Part shown: positions 48,109 through 62,185 of the stretch, in pieces
How the letters are laid out: each line of letters starts with the position of its first letter
Numbering within the stretch: position 1 is the stretch's first letter
NCBI RefSeq assembly: GCF_006345805.1
Contig: NC_042997.1
Location: 88,908,001 to 88,972,000, forward strand
Length of the DNA: 64,000 nucleotides
Reading direction: 5' to 3'
DNA from: Octopus sinensis
Taxonomy: Eukaryota
Translations under genes and position numbers: made by a program
The notes under the pieces: model-generated
Seen by the model: the letters and a program-made list of their open reading frames with translations, nothing else
Database searches by the model: none
Told to the model about the DNA's origin: nothing

Positions 48109-49762
48109 TATGTATGTATGTATGTATGTATGTATGTATGTATGTATGTATGTATGTATGTATGTATGTATGTATGTATGTATGTACGGCTACGAGGATG
48201 AGCTGGCTAGGAATGAGTGATGTTCATAAACTGACTACGGAGTGATACTAGAGCTGTGAAATCCTGCATGCATTAATTTCAACGCTACTCTCCTTCGATA
48301 ATTTCAATACTTCGACCAACACACCAAATTTTAAAAAAAGGATAAACTCTAAATGACATACAATTAAACAAAAAACTCTGGTTATCTGAAGATAAGAGGA
48401 CAGTAGTATAAACGTGTTTCTGTCACAACAACCGTCATCAGCACAGCAAATAGTCTGCTTTGATTTCAGCAGGCGAAATTCTCAGACTAAAACAGAAAAA
48501 GTAGAAAATATTTATGGTCTAAAGTAACTTGCATAATCTAAATGAAAATGAGCTACGAGAAATAAATGAGAGTGACCAATGGCATGAATATAGATAATAA
48601 AAACAAATACAAGTATACAATATGAACACAAGACACAAGATCAATACAAGACGCAAGATAAATACTTCCTTTATTGAAATTCACCTTTTGAGAATTAGGA
48701 AGATCGATATATCCTAGTTACTGACAAAGTACATACAAACATACATACATACATACATACATACATACATACATACATACATACATACATACATACATAC
48801 GTATTGAGTATTAGAAAGGTCGATATAATCGACTATATACTAACAGTCAAAAATATGAGTCATGATGCATATAGGAAAAAGATCAATATTTACCGTGAAA
48901 GACACAGAAACACAAAGAAATTGATATCATATGAGAAACTTTACAAATTTTAGAAAAAAAACTGTTTACAAACAAACGGGGTAAAGATGTCTCACTATAC
49001 ATACTTTTGAGTGTGCTTGTGTGAATGAGCGTGTGCGCGTGTGTATTAATGTTAGATTTTATTTCAACTTTATACAAAAATAATTTGACATTAAACTGAA
49101 GGATAACCCAATGCTTTTTTCTTTATATATTAGAGTATATGTTTATTAACTTTTATGGGGGAAGCATTGGAAATGACTACGAAGTTTCGGCTTGTTTGCA
49201 GCATATACTGTGATTTGAGCTCACGTCCATGGTCGTATACATTATATAATGATGTTGCAGTTATTCACTACCAGGCGAACTTTGATCGAACAGAAATGCT
49301 AGAAAAATATTAAATAGAACCCGCTTGTTTGTTATTCTGTATTTTTTCAGACAATATAGTTCTTGTTTCCTCTTCTTCGGTCCAAGAAGATATTGGTGTT
49401 GACTGAGTGCCTTTATACACTCAGCATTAGCTAAAAAAAATTATATGCATAAGCGTAGATGTTTCTTCTAAAACAACACCACAATTTCTCTACGAATCTT
49501 TACAAAAATATGCATACATATACAAAATCATCCCAGAATAGGGCATGAAAAAACTTTAAGATTTCTCTGGAGCAAAATTTGTACATTTTTGTAATACACA
49601 AGTTCAAGTGAATACACACAGTAAAATATATCAATGAGTTCGACAGACTATCACGAAGACAACAACGACAATATATATATATATATAAACAGTATATAAA
49701 CGCTTCATTACAAACAAGATTGCTTTCGAACACTAAAAGCTAAAGTCTAAAAACCTGTAACA

Positions 49763-50623
49763 CTAGGTCAGATTAATAAGTATCCGGACTGTTGTCATAG
49801 TAAAGAAGCTAAAGCACACAGAGTAAAGCCGCTTTGCAAAGATTGACCTTGAACTCTTCTCGGCATGCCCACTAAGTTTTAACATTCTGGCTCACTTCCG
49901 CTGTTTACAGCAGTGCTTGGAAGGAAGGTGTGTAGCATGTGATCGTCGCATTGACCATGATAGAGAAAGTTGTCATGGCGAGACCTGCTCAGAGGCCAAC
50001 GCAAAGTTGCAGAAAGTGTATGGAGAAGAGTGTATGAACCACACACAAGTGGATGAGTGTTTCAGACGTTTCCAATACGGCCGCAAAAATGACGATATTT
50101 ACGAATGTTCTGGGAAACCTGCAACCAGCAGAGCTGAGAAAAACATCGCAGATGTGCGTGCAGCTGTGAGAGGAAATCGTCGAATCACCATCCGTGAGTT
50201 ATCAGAGGATGTGCAGATTAGTTACAGTTCAGTCCATTATCACTGAAGATTTGGTATGAGACGCGTGTCTGCCAAATTTCTGCCAAAAATGCTTTCAGCT
50301 GACTAAAAAGACACTCGGGTTTCAGTTGCATAAGATCTTCTTGATTATGTCGAGAACGATTATAACTTTTTGAGGAGGTATCGCCAAGCTTTTGGCAAAA
50401 TTGAGGCAGATTCTCTGTTCAACTTTCTCTATCATGGTCAATGCGACGATCACTTGCTACACACCATCCTTCTAAACACCACAGCAGAATTGAGTTAGAG
50501 CGTTAAAACTTAGTACACATATACAGCCAGAGTTCAAGGTCAATCTGTACCAAGCGGTTTTACTCTGCGTGCTTTAGCTTCTTTACTATGGCAATAGTCC
50601 AGATACTTATTGATCAGACCACG
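49763..50623 (+). mobile_element. Mariner derivative bounded by two inverted copies of the 5' end
   Basis: Left arm 49763-49972 is the reverse complement of the right arm 50420-50623 (TIR GGTCTGATCAATAAGTATC.GGACT). The interior encodes the HTH N-terminus (LQKVYGEECM...ITIRELSEDV...MRRVSAKF). Confidence 0.88.
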
Positions 50624-50951
50624 TAATTTAAGTTTCTACATATTTGGCAAACCGAGCAGCGCGTTACATATATTGATATCAAAACTATTGTTTAGGACCC
50701 TCTCACAGAATTTGTTTTATTTTTAATTCACCAAAATAATCGTCTAAGTTTACACGCACGTACATACACACACACACACACACACACCACACACACACAC
50801 ACACACAACACACACACACACATACAGAGGTCACCCGGACGGCGTACGGGAAGCTGTTAGTTTGTAGTTCAATTCCGTAATACAATAGAACATTAAAACA
50901 AATTGCTGTTACCGCTTCATTATAACCCACTACTACTACTACTACTACTAC

Positions 50952-51044
<93 letters not shown>

Positions 51045-51074
51045 TAACTACAACAACAACAACAATAATAATAA

Positions 51075-51411
51075 TCCTTTCTACTATAAGCACAAGGCCT
51101 GAAATTTGTGGGAAGGGATTAACTCGATTACATCGACCACAGGATTCTCCTGATACTTAATTTATCGATCCCGAATGATAATGATAACGATGATGATGAT
51201 GATTTCAAATGTTAGCGCAAGATCAGCAATGTTGGGGGAAGGGAAAGTCTATTAAACCGACCTCAGTGCTTGACTGATACTTATTTTATCGATCCCCGAA
51301 TGATGAAAGACAAGATCAACTTCAGCGGAAATTGAACTCCGAACATTAAGACAAACGAGATGCCGCTAAGCATTTTGCCCGGCGTGCTAAAATTTCTGCC
51401 AGCTCGCCACC
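51075..51411 (-). mobile_element. Two tandem SINE family B copies (~51075-51170 and ~51203-51411) embedded in (AAT)n/(GAT)n tracts
   Basis: Reverse-complement head GGTGGCGAGCTGGCAGAAA, module and tail 1. Confidence 0.8.
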
Positions 51412-51415
51412 CGAA

Positions 51416-51417
51416 TA

Positions 51418-51492
<75 letters not shown>

Positions 51493-51569
51493 GTGACGAT
51501 GATGGTGATGATGATGATGATGACGACGACGACGACGATGACGACGATAACAACAACAACAACAACAAC

Positions 51570-51616
<47 letters not shown>

Positions 51617-51637
51617 TAATAATAATAATAATAATAA
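51416..51637. repeat. Compound (GAT)n-(GAC)n-(AAC)n-(AAT)n microsatellite
   Basis: Directly visible. Confidence 0.95.
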
Positions 51638-53374
51638 TAGAGAAATTATAGGATCTGTAAGAATGAAAGCGAAATTGCCAAAGGCATGTGTAACAAAGGA
51701 GCTGAAAGAAAGAGATCAGGAGAAATCAATGAAGATTACTTGGTTTAGAAGGCTTAAAGGTACCAGTGCAAGAATATAAATGGATTAGGAAACACGAAGG
51801 AAAAGGAAGAGTTACCGAGAAGATTACCATAATTATGTGGAATGGAAAACGGGAGATTGTACGTGGCAATGAGAAACGTTAATGATATCTTAGGAAAGTA
51901 ACTGGTTAATAATATCACTGATATCAAGGCTTTGTTAAATTGTGAAGGTGGATTGACTGAAAAATATTAGGACTTGAGTTTGAGGCATAATCGAAACGAA
52001 CAGGTTTATGTTTACAAAGGAGAGTGGAAAGGCGGGTTAAAAGGACTAAACAAAAGTACCCGAGTCGGCTTTCTTGAATTTTAAACAAGAAAATTGCCTA
52101 TGATGCATTAAAAAGGAAATTTAGATGAAAGAAGAGGTGTCTATTTTATTTTATGGTTTACTCTAGATGTGGGCAACAGGGTTTTTCTTTTCTTTTTTTC
52201 GTATTGGAAGGCCATAATTGAAGTTAAACGCCATCTGACAAGGTTGCAATGAAAGAATGGTATATCATTAAGAGATACATTAAAAAAGATACATTTAAAA
52301 AAATGTTATACTCTTAATACATACACACACATATACATACATCCATACACACACATATATATATATACATACATACATACATACACACACATACATACAT
52401 ACATACATACATACCATACATACATACATACACACACACACACATACATACATACATACATACATACATACATACATACATACATACATACATACATACA
52501 TACATACATACATACATAAAAACTATAACAAAATTATAACAGGGTGGAGTTTCAGAATAAGCTGAAGTTTTTTCATTTCGTAAATTTCTTCAGATTTCTA
52601 TGTTTTAAGCGCAATTATAATTACATCTAAGAAGCAGACAAAGAAATGTAAACAAGTCTTTCTAAACTTCTCAATTAGAAGAAAAGATAAGCGTTAAATA
52701 AAATTAAATCAGTGAAAATATATTCCAATATAATGATTTTCTCTCAAACTGTACTTCTTTCAGAAAGTTGCACTAAACTTTCAGAAAGCCGCTGCATTTT
52801 CACCTTTGACTCTGATATTCTTCATGCAAACAAATATAAATACATACCTATATGCATACATACGTACATATATATTTGTCTATCAGAGCAATAAGAACCA
52901 TCTAGTTATCTTTAAATATGATTGATGACTTGTGTGGTAGCTTTGTTTAAAATGAAGAGTTGCGCATCATCAGCCTCGATCTGTTGTCCGTGACTCTCTT
53001 CAATTCAGTAGCAAGACCAGGTCAAGACAACTGGGGATGGAGATGGAGGGTGACCAGGATATCTTAACTGCCTCATCTTGCTCTCTCCACCTACCCCTCC
53101 GTTGAACGAAGTCCGCCGAATCTGATCTTCACATGTACAATTAGGCAAGCTCTAATATACTAATTAGCCCATATCTGGGACCCTGAAAGTTACTACAATT
53201 CCGGATCAAATTAAACCTGAGATCAATAGTAACTAAGAGGTGGTTCCACACTCCTCAAAACTCTGGAACTCTCAAACCAAGGCCCCATGTATTCATACAT
53301 GCACACATACACACATACACACATACACACATACACACATACACACATACATGCTTTACTCTCATTCGACGCAG

Positions 53375-53520
53375 AAACTGCGAGCTGGAAGAGGCCTCGG
53401 GGAAGGCCCCCACACCAGACGACTGGACGTGATTAAAGATCTCCAGAGGCTCGACGTCAACATGGAGGATGCAGAGGGGCGATGAAGAACACTGGTGGAC
53501 CTTGTCGGCTCTTCTCATGA
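53375..53520 (+). mobile_element. Decayed RTE-type LINE 3' end
   Basis: GRG.G..P.TRRLDVIKDLQRLDVNMEDAEGR resembles the RTE C-terminal RGRP..RW.D motif. Confidence 0.5.
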
Positions 53521-54154
53521 TGACGTTTCTGGGACCACTAACTTGGAATGATCCCCAGCCCCATCAAACAAATGCATGAAGCAAGCAAGCATATAAGAAC
53601 AGGACTAGACTTGATTTCTGACACAAAGTTCAGATGAGCAAAAACAGTAGGAAGAATGAAAATGTTTTGAACATTTATATAATTTAGAGTGAACAATTGT
53701 GGATAAGAGAAAAATCAAGAGAGTTTTATCACATTATATTTCACTTAGTTCCTGCTTTTATGTAATGTAATAATAGAATCTATAAGTATACAAATCTGGG
53801 CCTCAATTATATGATCAGTTGATGAAAAGAAATCCCAAAAGATCATATAATAACATTTTTCATTTACAGTTTACGACGGATTATCATTTTTATTAAGAAT
53901 CCATATTTCCTTTTAACCCTGCAGTTATTTTCATTTTTTTTAATCTTTCATGTCATTTTTATATTCTTTTTGTGCTATTTTCCTCATTTACTAAACTCCA
54001 CATCATAACACTTACAATCTGGTCAGCTTCAATGAATCTGTATATACACACACACACACATATATATTTTTTAATGTATGCAAAGCCGTATATACGTACG
54101 AATTAATGTATGTGTATATATATGTCTGTGTGTGTGTGTATGTATGCATATATA

Positions 54155-54239
<85 letters not shown>

Positions 54240-54788
54240 TATATATATATATATATATATGTATGCATATACATGTATGTATGTACATATATATATGTAT
54301 ATGTGTGTATGTATGATAGGCTATAGATGCTTACACGAACAAAATCAGTATTCAATGCAATAGTAGAGTGACATATTTGTTTAGTGATGATGCATCGTGG
54401 CACGAAATTATATTACCAGGAATAATCACCTAACGATTAAAACATGACAGCTTCACGCGAATATCATTGACTCAAAGGAATTATTATTGTCAATGGCTTT
54501 AATGAGCTGAAACTTTAAAAGTCTCATTAATTGTATTCTTGGATAGTAAATTGAATAAGCAATGTGGTGATCTAAAATGACAGAGACTGTAGCGGTAGTG
54601 AATATCCCTTAGTGAGCTAAAACGGGGGAGCAGAATACTATGATTACTCTTGGTAAATAATGACTTATCAACCCATTTAGTCAGGAGGTGCTTTAAGCAT
54701 CTCGTGTTTCAGCTATATTTGCCGAAATGGTATCACTTCGTAGCGATCTCTGATCTGACATTTTGATAGTTCACAGATTTGTTGCTGA

Positions 54789-55024
54789 AAGGCGGCGAGC
54801 TGGCAGAATCGTCAGCACGCCGGCCGAAATGCTTAGCGGTATTTCCTCTGCTGTTACGTTCTGAGTTCAAATTCCGCCGAGGTCGACTTTGCCTTTCATC
54901 CTTCCGGGGTCGATAAATTAAGTACCAGTTTCGTACTGGGGTCGATGTGATCGACTTAATCCCTTTGTCTGTCCTTGTTTGTCCCCTCTATATTTAGTCC
55001 CTTGTGGGCAATAAAGAAATAAGA
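54789..55024 (+). mobile_element. SINE family B, well preserved, with tail 2
   Basis: Head, B-box and module as in the other B copies, but ends TTTGTCTGTCCTTGTTTGTCCCCTCTATATTTAGTCCCTTGTGGGCAATAAAGAAATAAGA. Confidence 0.92.
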
Positions 55025-55290
55025 TGTGTTGCTGTACTTGGGTATAAGATTCTTTTCGGTTGTGTACAACCCTCAACTTCTTATAATTTCTGTATGGTCT
55101 ACATCGTTCATAAAGTTTCCATTTGGTATCGAGTGTAGTAGTAGTCCAGACGTAATTGAATAGTTCTGTTGCATTGCTCATTTCTATATTCTTTAATGAA
55201 GAAATATGGGTGGAGTATTGTTTGAATTTATCTTCACCATATCTATGTTGTGCTCACGCACGATACATTAGGTTTGGTTTGGTTTTGTGA
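55025..55290 (-). mobile_element. Penelope-like GIY-YIG endonuclease fragment
   Basis: N..YRA...GEDKFKQYSTHISSLKN..SNATELFNYVW...KWKLYERCRPY resembles the PLE motif FK.RY..H..SF...NAT.LS.Y.W...W.I.....PY. Confidence 0.65.
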
Positions 55291-56088
55291 AAGTGATGGT
55301 GAAGTTTACCTCTATGATTATCGCTTCATCGTTGCATGACGGAATTTCCAGTACTGTGAAAGTAGTTAGCCTAAGTTAATGTAGCTTGTTTATTTGATAT
55401 TAAACTTTATTTTCATATTGATAGTACAGTTATTTCTATTGAATTATTTTCTGTATCAGTAATTAATGGAGAAATATATATTTATTGAAATTGGGAAGTA
55501 GCATATGTTTGTATATGTCGCTGTGTGTTTGTGTGAGGGTGGGGAGTAATATCCGTGTGAGGTATATGTGGGGGTGGGGAGTAATGTCCGTATTTATGTA
55601 TGCTAGTATAGCTGTATGATTTCTTGTATGAATGAATATATGCATATATGCTTGTGCGCATGTATATATGATGCGTACGTGTAAACTCAGCTGCAAGCTT
55701 TATGATCGGTGAACATCCCTTCTAAATTTCCTCTTATTATATTTCTACTAAGGGATCAATACAATTGATCCCTGGCGGTAGTAATTAGCGCAGGCATTAG
55801 GGGATGGAGATCAATAATCTTATACATAATGGATATCAAAATGAGGCAGGCAAGGACCTGTTGATGGGTGGCAACGAGAGTGAATCGTAGGTTACAGATG
55901 AGAAGAGAGACGGCTTGTTAAGGGAGAGAAGTAGATGGCAATGAAATAAAGGTGATCTAGTGTGAAAGAACAACGCAAGGGATAAGAAAATGGTGTTGTA
56001 TGTGGGGTGGGATCAGTAATATAGGGATGATGAGACCTGCACTTAATAATGGTAGAAGTAATATTAATGGCTGATGTGAGTTGTTGTT

Positions 56089-56120
<32 letters not shown>

Positions 56121-56628
56121 TAGTAGTAGTAGTAGTGGTGGTGGTGGTGGTGTTGGTATGGTGGTAGCGGATCTGGAGACCTACTGTGAGAGTTGCCACC
56201 ATTTTTGAGCGCTCCACTGCGTAAATCAGGGTTTTATACAACCTGCTCTCAAAGCCTGTATTTCATGTAAGCCACTCTATAAATCAGCATTTGAAGTCAC
56301 CCTTCAAGATGGAGAATATTATATTATAAACGATGATTTTTCAAAACGGGCCTGAAACAAAATCCGAATTATTTACTATATACCAAACATTTTATCTCTC
56401 TGAATAGTTTGCACGCATTACTCCAACATCTAACGAGAAACTTTGCGTAGCGAATGAGTTAATCATGAGCTTTGCTCAAGATAATGTGTTATGATGAAAG
56501 AAGGATTACTCGGTAACATAATATATTATGTGTATTATGCTACCGAATAATCCTTCTTCCATTTTTTTAAGTAGAAGTGTGTGTGTATCTGTGTCTGTGT
56601 GTGCACGCGCGCGCATATACATATATAT

Positions 56629-56684
<56 letters not shown>

Positions 56685-56701
56685 GTAGATAGATAGATAG
56701 A

Positions 56702-56733
<32 letters not shown>

Positions 56734-57070
56734 CATACATACATACATACATGCATACATGCATGCATACATGCATGCATACATACATACATACATACAT
56801 ACATACATGCATACAAACCACTGCGTGGTATCTTGGGCGAATGGCTTATGTAACAGCATCAGAGTGCGCCGAACATTGTGAGTGAATTTATGCGGAAATC
56901 CGTCGGACGACCTGTATCTCTAATTCCAACGCTCAGCCTTCTCCTAAGATATGTCACGCTAATTCTGAGAATTACGTTAAGATAATACTCAGCCACGTAC
57001 ATATCAGTTTTAAGACTAGTTAAATTAGCAGGTCGATCAACTGAAATCGCATTGTCGAAGGATTCATGAA

Positions 57071-57073
57071 ATA

Positions 57074-57170
<97 letters not shown>

Positions 57171-57237
57171 ATCTATCTATCTATCTACCTATCTATCTGT
57201 CTGTCTGTCTGTTTGTCTGTCTATCTATCTATCTATA

Positions 57238-57291
<54 letters not shown>

Positions 57292-57313
57292 ACTATCTGT
57301 CTGTCTGTCTCTG

Positions 57314-57330
<17 letters not shown>
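57071..57330. repeat. (ATCT)n/(GTCT)n microsatellite
   Basis: Directly visible; a second tract lies at ~58045-58200. Confidence 0.95.
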
Positions 57331-57404
<74 letters not shown>

Positions 57405-57570
57405 TATAGACAGATAGTTAGATAGATAGATAGATAGATAGATAGATGTATATATATATATATATATATATATAATATCCATCTATCTATCTATCTACCT
57501 ATCTGTCAGTCTGTCTGTCTGGCTGTCTACCTGTCTGTTTATGTGCCATCTATTTGTATATATATATATA

Positions 57571-57958
57571 CTAGCAGTATCGCCCGGCGTTGCTCGGGTT
57601 GTTTCGACCCTTTAGAATTGGAATTTTGAAAAGTAAAACTTTGTATTATTAGCTTGTTATTCTCTTTTAATTGAACAATTTTTTCTGGTTAAAATACACG
57701 AAAAATGGCGCACCACACCAGTCAAAAAATCGTAAAAAATAGGGATTTCATAGAAAAAAAGCACCTTTTTGATGTAAATAATTTTTGATCTTAACATGGT
57801 CGATTTGAATTTTATCTTCTGAGAAATGAAGGCAAGCCTTCTTCATATCATACTCTCAATTTGGTCACTTTGCGCGCCGCGGGTCTTGGAGGAGATAGTG
57901 TTAGTTGAAGGCTACCAAACCTGCCACACACAGCCAACTTCAGCTTTATATATATAGA
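57571..57958 (-). mobile_element. Non-autonomous Helitron
   Basis: a|TCTATATATATAAAGCTGAAGTT...CCCGAGCAACGCCGGGCGATACTGCTAG|t on the minus strand. Confidence 0.82.
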
Positions 57959-58047
57959 TATAAATATTTCAGGGTTGAAGATCTCTGTTCATCTAGGCAT
58001 CTATTTTATCAGCCTACCTTTCGTATTCACACATTGAACTATGTACC

Positions 58048-58171
<124 letters not shown>

Positions 58172-58885
58172 AGTATATCTCTATCTAACTATCTGTCTAT
58201 CTAGTTAGCTATCTGTCTGTATATCCATCAATCCACCTACATGTGTATATTTCATGTCTCTTCTCTCTCTCCTTCTCTCTCTCTTTCTCTCCCCTCCCTT
58301 TCTATACACACACACACACACCACCCCACACCAGAAATCATACATAATATATACAACATGAAAATCATCACACACGCATAATGCATGCATACGTATAGGT
58401 GCATATATATATATATATATATATTATAATATATATATAATAATATATATATAGTTATGTATGTATACATGTATGTATATGTATATATGTGTTATATATA
58501 TGTATATATATTGTTCACAAACACGCACTTGCACGCATACACTTACGCATAGAAACACGTAAACACCTATGTTTAATACTTCATTTTCATCTGATTCCTT
58601 CTATTTCCTTCATCATTTTACCTCCTCATTTGTCTTGCTAGGTGATCTCAATCCCACCTGCAGCAATCTATACCCTTCTCCCCTTCATTCGACATAATTA
58701 CCTCCCATTCACTTTCCTTCTTTATTTCTTTCTGTTTTTTTCTTTTTTCTTTTTCTGTTTTATCCTATTTATTGTAACTTGCTTCCTCACCTATAGCAAG
58801 CGAATGCATATGCATACACATAGATACGTGCATGCTCATACATTCGTGTATGCCTATGCATGTGTGATTATGTGCCTCTTTGATG

Positions 58886-58932
<47 letters not shown>

Positions 58933-59203
58933 GGATGAGTGTACGTATATATATGTGTGTGTATATATATATATATTATATATGATATATATATATATAT
59001 GTATGTAATGTATGTTATGTATGTATGTATGTATTGTATGGCGTGCGGGATGAGAATTCATATGTGTATGTACGCTCATGTCCTCGATAACGTGTGCGTG
59101 TACATTTGAAAAATATGTCTATTTATATCGTTATATATCTATGATATGTATGTATATAATATATATTATATGAATATTGATAATTATATACATGGAAATA
59201 TCC

Positions 59204-59275
<72 letters not shown>

Positions 59276-59277
59276 TA

Positions 59278-59310
<33 letters not shown>

Positions 59311-59364
59311 CTATCTTCTATCTATCTATCTCTCTCTCTCTCTCTCTCTCTCGTCTCTCTCTCG

Positions 59365-59413
<49 letters not shown>

Positions 59414-59676
59414 AATATTGATAATTATATATACATGGATATATATCCATGTATATATATATATATATATATAATATCTATCTATCTATCTATTATATAT
59501 ATATATAATATATATTATAATATTAAATATATATATATATACATATATAATATATATATATATATATATATTAGTAGCTATTTGTGTCTGCGTGTACACA
59601 CGTTTGTGAATGTGTGTTGTATATATATATACATAGATAGATACATACATACATATATATGTATAGATATATATAT

Positions 59677-59708
<32 letters not shown>

Positions 59709-59717
59709 TATTATATA

Positions 59718-59752
<35 letters not shown>

Positions 59753-60117
59753 GCATCAAGCAGTGGTGTGCGTGTGTGTGAGTGTGTGTGTGCGTTTGTG
59801 CGAGTATGTATCTGAGGCACATTTTACTGGGATTAGAAGCAAAAATGCTTTCACTTATTCATGCTACTTTGTTGCTGTTGTTCTTATGCCTTGACGTTTG
59901 TTGTTGTTGTGGTGGTGGTTATGATGATGGTGGTAGTGGTGGTGGTGGTGTCGTCGTCATAGTCGTCGTGGCGGCGTAGTTGTCGTTGGATCCTCGTCTT
60001 CCTATAAATATGAAGCTTAAGGCGTATATAATAAAATCACCATCGCTATCATCATCACCATCATCGTCACCCTCAGCCTCCTCCTCTTCCTCCTCCATAT
60101 CATAATCATCATCAACC

Positions 60118-60157
<40 letters not shown>

Positions 60158-60178
60158 CCATCATCATCATCATCGTCG

Positions 60179-60226
<48 letters not shown>

Positions 60227-60443
60227 CCATCATCATCTACTCTATATTTAATATTACCAATCACTGAGTCCACCCCTACACCACACCTTCTGCTGACCTA
60301 CATATATCTCTTGATCGTCTCACTTTATTCAATAAAATAAAACAAGCGGTTTTATGTTTCACAACGTCAGTGATGATGATGGTGGTGGTGGTGGTGGTGG
60401 TGGTAGCGGCGGCGACGACAACAACAACAACAACAACAGTAGT

Positions 60444-60517
<74 letters not shown>

Positions 60518-60704
60518 AGTAGTAGTAGTAGTAGTCGTGGCAGCAACAGCAGCAGTAGTAGCAGTATTAGTAGTGATGAACATCATAAATGATGATAATG
60601 AAGATGATGATGACAGTGCTGTTGATCTGTGCGTCTGAATCTGTTGTCTGTAGATATGTACTTATATACAGACAAATAAATGAAATATATACATCAAGAT
60701 TAAT

Positions 60705-60820
60705 CAGCCGAAATTGTTAGGATGATCCGGTTCTTGACTGAAGATTGAAGGCTTCGAATGTCCCGTCCGTGTTTTTTGTATCGTCTTCTAAATGTTTTAC
60801 GTTCTTGTCCCAGTTTGTAT
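60705..60820 (+). mobile_element. Penelope-like pseudo-LTR fragment
   Basis: CAGCCGAAATTG...GACTGAAG...CGAATG.CCCGTCC...GTTCTTGTCCCA.TTTGTAT, homologous to 17239-17485. Confidence 0.6.
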
Positions 60821-60872
60821 TTTTCTACATATATATGTGTATATATATATGTGTATATATATATATAATATA

Positions 60873-60941
<69 letters not shown>

Positions 60942-60969
60942 CATCTAAGCATGTGTATGCGTATATATA

Positions 60970-62030
60970 CAGAGGTTGGACAAAATAATGGAAATCTCTA
61001 GCATCATACCACCATAATTTTGAAATATCTATAAAACCGTCAAAATCTTGCTTATTTTCATATATTTTGATTTATTATTAGTGTTGCTTAATATATTTTG
61101 CTAATATCGCTGATTCTTTTCAGATATTATCAGAAAAAAGGTAATTAAAATTCATTAAAATTGCAGATCTATCGGACTTTCAAAGATGACAAATTATTGG
61201 TGCTCATATGGTAGGTGCTAGCGTAACGAAAATAGTCGAAATATTTGGTGTATCAAGAAGTACTGTCTCGAAAGTAATGATATCCTTTGCGAAAGAGGGA
61301 AAAACCTCGTCGAAACAAAACTCCGGAAGGAAACCAAAACTTTCAGATAGGGACCGTCGGACTCTAACGCGAATTGTTAGAAAGGATTACAAAATTACTG
61401 CGGAGCTTAATGACCGCCTCGAGAACTCAGTTTCCACAAAAACTGTCCGCCGGCAGCTACACAAAGCTGGATTTCACGGGAGTGCTGCAATCAGAAAACC
61501 ACTACTTTCAAAAACAAACGTTGCAAAGCGTTTAGAATGAAACAGAATCGGTCCCTAGAGCAGTGAAAAAATGTTATTTTCTCCGACAAGTTATCCTTTA
61601 CCTTATTTCCAATCACTAGCCGATTATACGTGTGGAGACAGCCAAAAGAAGCATTTGACCCAGACTGCCTTCATCCTACTGTTAAACATGGAGGAGGATC
61701 TGTGATGATCTCGTGGGGGCTATATCTTGAAAATCATGGCAGAAATAATAGTCAAGACTATTTAAGCATTTTATCTGATCAAATTCATCCTTTGGTTGCG
61801 GAACTGTTTCCGGAGGGAAACGCAATCTTTCAGGATGATAATGCACCAATTCACACAGCTAAAGTTGTTACTAAATGACACGATGAATATTCTAGTGAAG
61901 TTGAACATCTTATCTAGCCACCACAGTCCCCATATCTCAATATTATTGAACATTTATGGTGTATTTTAGAAAAAACAAGTAAGGAGTCGAAATCCTCCAT
62001 CATCATCCTTACAAGAACTGTTGACTGTCT
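60970..62030 (+). mobile_element. Tc1-family DNA transposon, decayed, right end missing
   Basis: TA|CAGAGGTTGGACAAAATAATGGAAA terminus; GASVTKI...GVSRSTVSKVM, GRKPKLSDRD, TVKHGGGSVM, FQDDNAPIH, PPQSP.LNIIE. Confidence 0.93.
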
Positions 62031-62185
62031 TAAATGATTTAAATTAGAGCTTGAATTCTACAAGGTATGGACTCGTACAAAGTTTGAATTGTTTCCAGCC
62101 TTGCAGAAATAGCAGCCAAATACATCCATACATCACCGTCTTAGAAAAGAACATATCTGATAATGTGGAAAAAAGAAACATTGTT

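Noticed and set aside
48190-48300. TACGAGG start as a mariner terminus
   Set aside because: No partner end or transposase sequence recognisable.
48405-48450. Minus-strand CTGATGA...GAAAC as a hammerhead
   Set aside because: No stem II can form and stem I relies on alternating wobble pairs.
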